64,000 nt of DNA from Ophelia neglecta (lineage: Eukaryota). The DNA lies in the NCBI GenBank assembly GCA_965285935.1, contig OZ260664.1, positions 18,352,001 through 18,416,000 on the forward strand, written 5' to 3'. Position 1 is the stretch's first letter. Each line of letters opens with the position of its first letter. Below, in pieces: positions 55,401 to 64,000 of this stretch. Under the pieces are notes generated by a model. The model did not search any database and was not told the origin of the DNA. It was given only the letters and a program-made list of their open reading frames with translations. Made by a program: the position numbers and the translations under genes.

Positions 55401-55993
55401 CTCCCAGTAACGACATCTATATCTTGGCCTGGCAAAATAGTTTACACGTACATTGAAGGGAGCAGAGCAAAGCACACTATTATGAACATCCGATCATTTA
55501 TTTGATAATTTAAAGCCTACCGAAACGTCAGCCAGTGAAGATTCCACGCAATAGAGAGACATGGTGAAGTCATTGGGCCAGCTTGTATCACGTTGTAGAG
55601 ATACAGCAATAGAGTCATCGTCCGAATCGTATTGATAAATGTTACGATCGGTCATCCCTGAAAATGATTAAAGAGAAAGTTCTATAAAACCTGCCGTATA
55701 TACCTATGAAACATATTATAAGACCACATTGCTTTGTTAGTTACTCGTGATATAAAATACTTCATTTTTAGTATATATAAACCCTCTGACAATCATCTTA
55801 AAGCTTATTAGTATCGACCTCTACAAGTGTTTTTACAATCCTAAAATGTAAGAGCTGCTGTGATCTTAGTTTAAATGCTATGAAATGCAATACCATCTTT
55901 CTCCACTCTGCTGATAGCTTTCGTCAGCTTTTTTGCTGGTAAGGCCAAGATTCCAGTCCCAAACAGGGCGAGGAGGAGCACGGACTTCAACAT
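49404..55993 (-). CDS. Secreted protein with three divergent FN3-like domains (family member C, 3 repeats, about 426 aa)
   Basis: Exons 55993-55894 (MLKSVLLLALFGTGILALPAKKLTKAISRVEKD), 55657-55521, 54349-54153, 53724-53666, 53361-53225, 52026-51830, 51576-51518, 50494-50358, 49769-49570, 49461-49404 (AAKSLDVKALLKALKDLV*). 1281 nt, all GT-AG, no stops. Confidence 0.88.
50824..50900. repeat. Nested inverted repeat (ggacactgag / ctcagtgtcc) in gene C intron
   Basis: 50824-50836 pairs with 50857-50869 (12/13) and 50824-50833 pairs perfectly with 50891-50900; decayed homolog in gene B intron at about 39240-39310. Confidence 0.6.
52993..53168. mobile_element. Tc1/mariner-type MITE (176 bp) in an intron of gene C
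   Basis: TIRs cagtgaaacctg / caggttttactg, TA on both sides; extra 19-bp inverted repeat aacctgacaattagggaca (52999-53017 / 53129-53147); the paralogous intron near 55449 shows the empty TA site. Confidence 0.85.
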
Positions 55994-57683
55994 CTTCACT
56001 CCACGAATTCGGTGTGCGCAAAGACTCCGGTCCTAGAGGGTGGTGGGTTTTTGTCGTCGAGTGCAATAGTGCATGAACCATGACTATATATAAACCTACT
56101 GGTTTTGAGAGATTGTGCACTCCAAGGCTTAGTACACTTTCTTTGTTATAGACTTCAAAACCCTGCTGCCACCTAACATTTTTATTTCATACATATTTCT
56201 ACAGCATGGACTAGGTGCATTACAAGCCAAAAGATGCTCAAAGGTCATATGTTAATGATTCCTTGGCATAAGCTGCACATAACAAATACTCTTGAATGTC
56301 ATAATGTCCTATAATAAAAAATAATAATGACTACCTTTGTACTGTCTACTGTCTCCAGTGCCGATTTGGCTCTCTAGGCTGGTTCAAATGGCACATTTTG
56401 GCCTATTTTTTTTGGGGGGGGGGAACACTAGAAATAGGAATTTGATAAATCATGGCGGGTCGGTGAATATGTGATTTACCTCCACGAGGAGGGTACCGCG
56501 TCATTAAGGGCGGCATGATTCACCCCAGCTTCTTTCTATTAAGTGGAGAAAGACATGTGCACCCCGCCTTCATCGCCCACGGCCACCAGGCTGACAATTC
56601 CTCCTTGTCGGTCAATGCAATCAAGACAAGCTAGTTAGATAAGATACTTTAAAACATTTTAGCATCAGTGCAATCAGCTAAGCAGTTTATATATGGCCCT
56701 TAACTATAAATAAAAGGGCATAGTGCATACACTTAAACATATGGAGGTTTTTCTTTTTATCAAACAGTAAATATTTCTTCTATGTCAAAGTCATTTACTG
56801 TTTGGTTAGTTGCCTGTTAAAATAGCAAAAATGTTGCTCTGAATGAATAAAAAACAATAACAAAGGTTTAAACATACGATGACACATTTCCAAAATTAGT
56901 ACATAGGCCTATATATAGTTGCCTGTTCTCGTGCGTCAGACGTTAATATGTTTCTGCGACAGAACTCTGTAAATGCTTTAGTCTTTACATTCAATTGCTC
57001 GTTTAAATGTCAAGACTTACAAGGATTCGTTTCTATGCATTCAACTGGTGGAAGGTGGAATAAATGGAAATTGCGCGTGAGCGATAAATATTTTCACGCT
57101 AGACTTGTTCCATATGGGACATCTGATATAAGTAAACTAGTCTGCAGCAGGGCAATCATGGTTTTTCATAACATTCTACAATTGTGTTTGATTACAGTCC
57201 TGGGCTCAGATAGTTTTTCAATACCAAGTCCACCGTCCAGGTGTACAATGCAACTGTTCGCTAAAGCTAATTACTATTTCACATATCGGATTTTAGAAGC
57301 TACGCAGTACATATGACTAAACAAGTAACTGTTGTACTTTAAACCATGTAATTTACGTGACCTGAATTGTCCCTTGTGTGATTACCCTTCGCGTCCCTGC
57401 GTTCTATAGGAAATCACTCAAGCAGCTTACTCATGTCAAATATATTTATATATATATACGGTGAACCAACGTGAGGGTTCTCGAAATTTTTTTGATTTTA
57501 TATTATGTTCGTGATCTAATAGACAACATGATCTCTGTTTTCCTATATCCCCTTTCATCGCTGGTTTCTTGCCTTTCCCGGATGATCAAGCCTCTTCATC
57601 AGCCATATATTTTTTCTCGTAGCTTCCATCAAACGTTAAGTCTTAGATATTGGATCGCAGAAACAGACGTAGAATTTCTTTCG

Positions 57684-57872
57684 GGGTTAGAATCAGGACT
57701 GGTCAAACCGGTGTCAGTATAATGTGACTGGGTGGGGTTCCCTGTCCGGTGTCTACGGCATGTACTACAGTGAGGCAGAACCCTAAAGAGGGCATTGAGC
57801 CCACTGTCACAAATAGGCACTATGGCGATATGACCGATAAGTGTTGCAAGCCACGTAAAAAAACCAAACAAC
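57684..57872 (+). mobile_element. 5'-truncated SINE body and tail
   Basis: ggactggtcaaaccggtgtcagtataatgtgactgggtgggg...cagtgaggcag...gatatgaccg...cacgtaaaaaaaccaaacaacc resembles the 3' half of lophotrochozoan SINEs (recalled pattern, not searched); A-rich tail. Confidence 0.55.
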
Positions 57873-60800
57873 CTAGTAAAGGTAAATGAACAGGTACCCA
57901 GTTTGTCATCTTTAAATACTCGTAAAAATGCTCGCCTCACAACCTTATCTTACATATATATCTGCAGTATTCATCTCCAGCTTAGCTGTAGCCCCATATA
58001 ACTAGATTGTTGAGACCAATGTATAATTGTGAATGCCGTGACGACAACATCGAACTACACAAAACTAATCCTGAAAATCCTACAGTCGATTAACGGTTGA
58101 CTTTAATATTACCCCATGCGGACCGTGGTGCAACTTACACATATGACGCATGAGGCTTAATAATTTGACCTAATTTGATAAAGTAACAAGCTTATCAAAT
58201 GTCCGACCTTTTACAGTTAATCTGTAATGCCCTCTAGCGCTGAACCGGCGAAATAAAAGCAGGTGAAATTTATTGAATACTGGTAATAAGTCATTTGAAA
58301 GCAATCCTGTAATGACCTTGTTCTTGGTCATATTTTTGAAGTTCATTAAGACTAGTGATATCATGACTATCTGGTCTAGATCGAGATGTATTAATTGTGA
58401 AACGGTGAATGCCTCAAATCAAATGTATAGACCACTAATTTGGAAGTCAAATACTGTTGTATAGGAGGGAGTTACATTGAAATTTGTATAACCTTCCAGA
58501 TTAATTACGATAACTGAATACTTCTTCGTCATGTAATGGCTTAATCGTGTACGATGGGTGTATCAGTTATATTGACCACTCATAGGAAGTCACATGGACA
58601 GGGAGTCTATTGTGGTGATTTTCATGTGTTTTGGATTTTTATGTTTAGGTGTTCAAGGACACATTAACATCATGTGGACCATTTTTTGTCTTTAATATGG
58701 ATATTTTTCATATTATGCTACTAGAATTTTTTTTAAATTTAACATGTATAACTTCGTTCACATCATAGATTATTGGACTTTATTGCATAAAACCTATCTA
58801 AGTGTATGGAGCAGAATTCTTTTAAAGGGCATTAATGTCGTCATGAAAATCAGCAGGGAAAAAGATCCAAGTCGATATCCCGGCAAGTCCTCTTATTATT
58901 TCAAATGCCAGTTCTTTCCGCCTGTTTTCGCTACAAGCGGTCAATTGAATCCGCCAATTAACGTACAATTCTGCAGCAATCAATGCATATCCCTTATAAA
59001 ATCGACGAAAATATGGTCCAAAAGCTTTCATACACGAGTTTGGCTCATAGGGGAGCAGTTCCGCAGAAAAAAATTGCTGATAGGTAGTACAAGTGAAATA
59101 TTTCGCTGAACATTGAAAACGATCATTCTAAAAAGAATCAGACCTACGTAACTGGAAGGATTTTGTGTAATGTTTTGTTTGCACAAATTGCCATCCTATA
59201 GTAGACCGCAAGCATTTGATTCTAATTTTTATTATTATTATTTTCGTAGGATTCCGATGTGTTTGTCTGTCAATTGGACACCAACACTCTAGTTACGCCA
59301 GCTTTAGAATGCAGTATCGGAATGGTCGATATGCACTAAGGTCCCCTTTCACTCTACTTGAAACCAATATGACGAACGATATTCCGACTCTCATTCAACT
59401 CTCGAACTCGGTAGACGGTAAACAGCAGTCGGTTATTCTTTCCTACACACGAGTGACCTCCAACGCAAAGATGTCTACTGAACCATAAATACCTATCTCA
59501 TTCTATCAAAAAGATAAAATTAAGCAAGCAAAAAGTTGCAATATATTCTTTAGAAGCCTGGTTTACCCAATTATTCCGGAGATAAGCTTCGTAGAGAAAA
59601 AAAAAGCTAACTTTTGTTAGCATTCCTTTCCTAAACGACATTTACCTACATAACAACAATCGGTGGAGTGCGATAGCGCGATAACTTTATTGTAAAAACT
59701 ACTTTTATCAGTGGTCGAAATAACACCAAGTGCATTCTTATTTTCTTGTTATTCAAATATTCCGTTTAAGTGATGACTACAAGCTTTCTGAGAACCATGA
59801 ATCAGGTGACCTATAATGTAAGGAAGGGCTTTCATTCAGTGTCTTGTACAAATTTTATGTAAATGTCAAGGTTTTCCGATGCAATATATTATTTGCTGTC
59901 TGGTTGTTGTTGGGAGGGTTCTTAACACCCATACAGTTGTAATTTACCTTACACGATTGAGAGGATAACACTCTGGACTAGATGTATAAATTAATAGATG
60001 TATACACACAGCTGTGCCAGGCCCTTTTATAACGTCTAGCCGTATTTTCAATAAAGTATTTTTAAGTTTGGTGGTTATTCTTAGAGGGCTCCATTAGTTT
60101 ATTACATCAAACTGGTTGCTTCTCTTTCAACATTCTGGTCTTATATTGCAGTTATTAGCGGTGCATTATTCATCTACATTCATCTGCACAATGAGAGCAG
60201 AAGGCACGGATCAACTAGTTCAGGTGTACTCCCGGCAGATAGAAAAACAAAAATGTATGTAAACTAGCTTGGTCAGCTTGTCACTCAAGTGAAAATGATA
60301 TTCTACCCGTTTTCCTATAGAAATTTTATACAAAATGCATATAATTTCCAAATGTCTTTTTATATGGGGGCAATAACCATGTCAGCTAATGTCTTCAACC
60401 ATTATCTATATGCTTTGATTCACAACAACAAAAGCAGAGTCAACATAACATTCGTTGGAATCTGAAATAGTACACATTTACACAATGAGGTTACTATTAT
60501 AATCAGTCAGAATGTTTGTTTTCATATTTATCTTGTCAAGATAATTTGATTGAACTTTTTGTGACACTATTGCGTTTTACTTGGTTCTTTATTTTCAATT
60601 TTCTATGAAATATTTATACCTTACATGAGAAAAGTTTATGAATCATGCAATTTAGTTTGGCTCGATAATGCAAATGAAAAAATATCATTTACATCAACCA
60701 GTTTCAGACATTTATAAACTGACATGTGAATACCCATACATATGTGCATGTATAAATCATGTCATTGGTAAACACCTGAAGCATTTCTATGCATCATATT

Positions 60801-63399
60801 TTTGAAGGGTTAGTGTCACGTGATTGTATATGTAAATAGGTTCAACTGATCATGTATAATCATAATCATCTCATAATCTGATTTCATAGTATTTAAATCT
60901 GTTATCCCTCATAAAGCTCTAATATTGGAACTATGCACTCATACTTTTTCACCTTCAAGTTGTAAATATGTGATTACACATACTTATATTTTGCTGAGTA
61001 TAATAACTTCACCAAAAAGGAAGCATACGCGTATATCATCCTATATGAACACGGTAAATTAACCTAATTCGAAATAAAGTAAATTTGGCCATCTATGTAG
61101 TGTATAAATGGCAATATAAATATTCGTATTCGTATTAATCCCCCGCAACCTGGACCCGTCCCCGTGTGTCGTCGAATCATAAAACATATCAGGTTACAAA
61201 ACTTTTTTATCACTGTCGAAGGGTGCATTCTGAGAATCGAATGAATTCCTGCTTGCCATGGGTGACCTAGCAAGAAGAATTAATGTGTATGACAGACTGG
61301 GCCCCAAAAAGGGCAGGGGTAAAATATGTATAATTTGGTAGTCACAACCTAAGTCCTTTAGAGTCTTGAAATACATTCACCTACTTGTGGTTCTCGAGGC
61401 GAAGCTTCAAGGTGAAATTTGATATTTGTCTTTCAGGTCACATCAACAACGAGGCATCGGATATACGACTAAAATGGCGGGTTATGAACTAGCTGTCGGC
61501 AGAAATGTCACCAACGTTCGAACAGGATGAAATTAAAATTTGTGCCTTTGGAACGCAAAAGTTAGCGATGAAGATTCAAATTATTGCCAAATTTCAATTT
61601 TAACATGTCTGTGTGTAGGGTTATGCATAACTTTATGACAGTATGTATAGCGATAGAAAGAGAACTTTGTAGGTCTGTGCCAAAGAGTGGCCTAAAAGCA
61701 AACCAAACTAAAAGTAAATCCTCTCTGGTATGGAGAATGATAAGGGCATTCTGTAATAAACAAACTTATTAACAATTGAATAATAATTTTGATATTTGGA
61801 ACAATATCCTAATATGTTATAGATATGTCAACGTTGAAGCTCAACATTCCAATAGAGGCCTTAGGTAGGAATCGGGAATTTGGATATTTATCTATATAAG
61901 ATACCCTGCTGTAAAAATTGATCGACATGTTCCCCCCATCTCGCTCATTTGCCCTCCCGTTCTCACCGGCATGTGCGCAGTTGACATGGAAACAGGATTC
62001 CAAGAAACCGCTCTTGTGTGCCATTTCTGGCACTTAATTGTTCTTTTCTATGTTTTTTTTCTCTGTACGTACAGTATATGCCTTGCTTAGAAAAGAAATG
62101 TCTTTTAGGCCGTACATCACAATAGGGATGATACTCATGACATTGGTTGGATTTCCAGGTTCATTGTTATTTCACACAACGGGCTAGGTTCCTGTAGGGC
62201 TTAAATTGGTACAACCTAATTTCAGAGGATAAAGCATTCTTTATGCTATCTTGTTTCAATTTCCTGTTAGCTACTTTGCTATGGTTTTCCCCGGCATCCT
62301 GGGTAAAATATTTGATATCATTAAATTCGTCGACATGCACAACAATATTCAGCAAAGTTATCATTGCACACATGGCATTAATTACATTAAAAACTCTTGT
62401 GAGGTGAAAGTGTATTCGCATAGCAATTAGGCCTCTACTTTGGTTTTACTGATTTCTGCAGCAACATATCAATGATACGTTTTGCTTTTCTTACTTCAGG
62501 ATGAATTAGCGATAAGAAATAGAATTGGCAACTGGAAGTAAACTTAAAAGGATTGCTATACCAAGAAAAAATATATTTTTCAGTCAGTATATCAATGGCA
62601 TAGTGGTGTTTATTTATATGTTATTCAAAATATCTATAAATATACTGAATAATTTGATTATTCTCTATCATATTACCCTGCTGAAGATACTAGTCTCGAA
62701 TACTCTAGTCTATGGGATGAAAAAATGGAAGCAAATCAAGATATGTGAATTTTATATTATTAATCAATCAATACTCTCAAACTTTTGGGAGACCCGAATC
62801 AATAATAGACTCTTTCCGGGCATTCACACCTCTGTCCTACGTTAACTATTGACTCGTTTATTTTTTACTCGCATCCTGGGAAACTATTTAGGTCTTGCTA
62901 CTGATTATCTTTAAGTAAAACAACAGATCAATTATATATGTTTTGCTATTTGAAGCAGGCTCCCATACTAGACACTTTCGAAGTATCGCGATTTATGAAA
63001 CCTCGGCGTTTTTAATTCACAACAAGATTAACCCAGGCACTCATTGGCACAACTTTTCTTCAGAAAACCAATATTCATTAACAAACGAAAATCCAACACC
63101 AATTAATGCTCACTAGAAGCCACTTGGTTCTGTGGGTCTGAATACACTGAGCAGGGTATCTGAGGACGAGTATGTAAACTGGTTGGTCAAACAATCACCT
63201 TCGTCCACATTTCCCTAGACCCAATACCTACTTTATTACTATTATTATTTTACAATTACTATAGCCAATTCTAGAAGCAACTAGTCAAAAGTTCTTTACA
63301 TCAAGATAGATGTAAAATACAATTAAATACTACACCTACAGACTCACATTCATTCATTGAACCGTACCCTTTTATATATCTCCAACATATTAGCATGTT

Positions 63400-63900
63400 C
63401 ATAATCTCAAAATCAGATTAAATACATACGTCTATCCATTTTACACTCACCCGTACAATTAGAAATATCTCAAACATATATACACGCACATAATTTCACA
63501 TACGCATTACATACGAACAAGTTAGACACCAAATAGAAATAAGAAAGTTGTGTAAAATTAGTATTTCCTATTTTTAATTCTACAATTCTCAGATAATTAT
63601 TTGTCAAATGCTATTTTAATATAATACGTTTCTACTTTTAAAGTTACAGTCTTAAGTTGTCTAAGGGACTGGAAGGTTCATTCAAGAACAATGGATCCAC
63701 ATACGAAAAGGAACGACTCCCATAAAAAGATGTTTTAACTCTTCGAAAACCATGCACTCATATAGGTGTAAGGCCTTATAACAAGTTTCACTAAATAAAT
63801 ATTCGCAAATACATACTATGTGCATTATATAGCAGTTTGTTCCCAATACGGGCTCCTTTTATGATACTGTATATCTACGAATCGTATTCTTTATCTGCTG
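63400..63900 (-). mobile_element. Highly degenerate L1/Tx1-like ORF2 relic
   Basis: Minus-strand fragments resembling ANIYLVKL and E..KHL(F/L)WE with frameshifts, consistent with the post-RT zinc-binding region. Boundaries approximate. Confidence 0.3.
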
Positions 63901-64000
63901 GGGGAAATATCTGTTTGCAAATCAGCAAAAAAAAAGCATTCCACGAAGAACAGTACTAACTTTTAGATATCCCATCAGGGAGTGCAAGGACCAGTAGCCT

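Overview
AT-rich animal genomic DNA with GT-AG spliced genes; probably a marine lophotrochozoan invertebrate (inferred from the innexin and the channel motifs, not proven). All gene models were spliced by hand with intron phases checked. (1) 1-23.4 kb, + strand: three tandem paralogous Cys-loop anion-channel subunit genes (GlyR/GluCl-like). Only the middle one is complete (11 coding exons, 392 aa). The first lacks the 138-nt loop-B/F/C exon and has a TAA in M4. The third lacks the two exons encoding M3 and the start of the cytoplasmic loop. All share an unusual pore lining (Ser-2', Ile-6'); the two with the ligand-binding exon in the window have a loop-A Arg. (2) 25-56 kb, - strand: three paralogous genes for essentially Cys-free secreted proteins built from a three-exon cassette (divergent FN3-like domain with a Trp-rich insertion plus a Lys-Lys-containing amphipathic helical spacer), present 1x, 2x and 3x. 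This is the best candidate for an undescribed system (polyprotein precursor or beaded multivalent binder). (3) 30.6-34.5 kb, - strand, between the first two of those genes: an intact but very divergent 371-aa innexin with an extracellular N-glycosylation sequon and a shortened second extracellular loop. The rest is introns and intergenic DNA with Tc1/mariner-type MITEs, SINE/LINE relics and traces of segmental duplication. No rRNA, tRNA or CRISPR seen.
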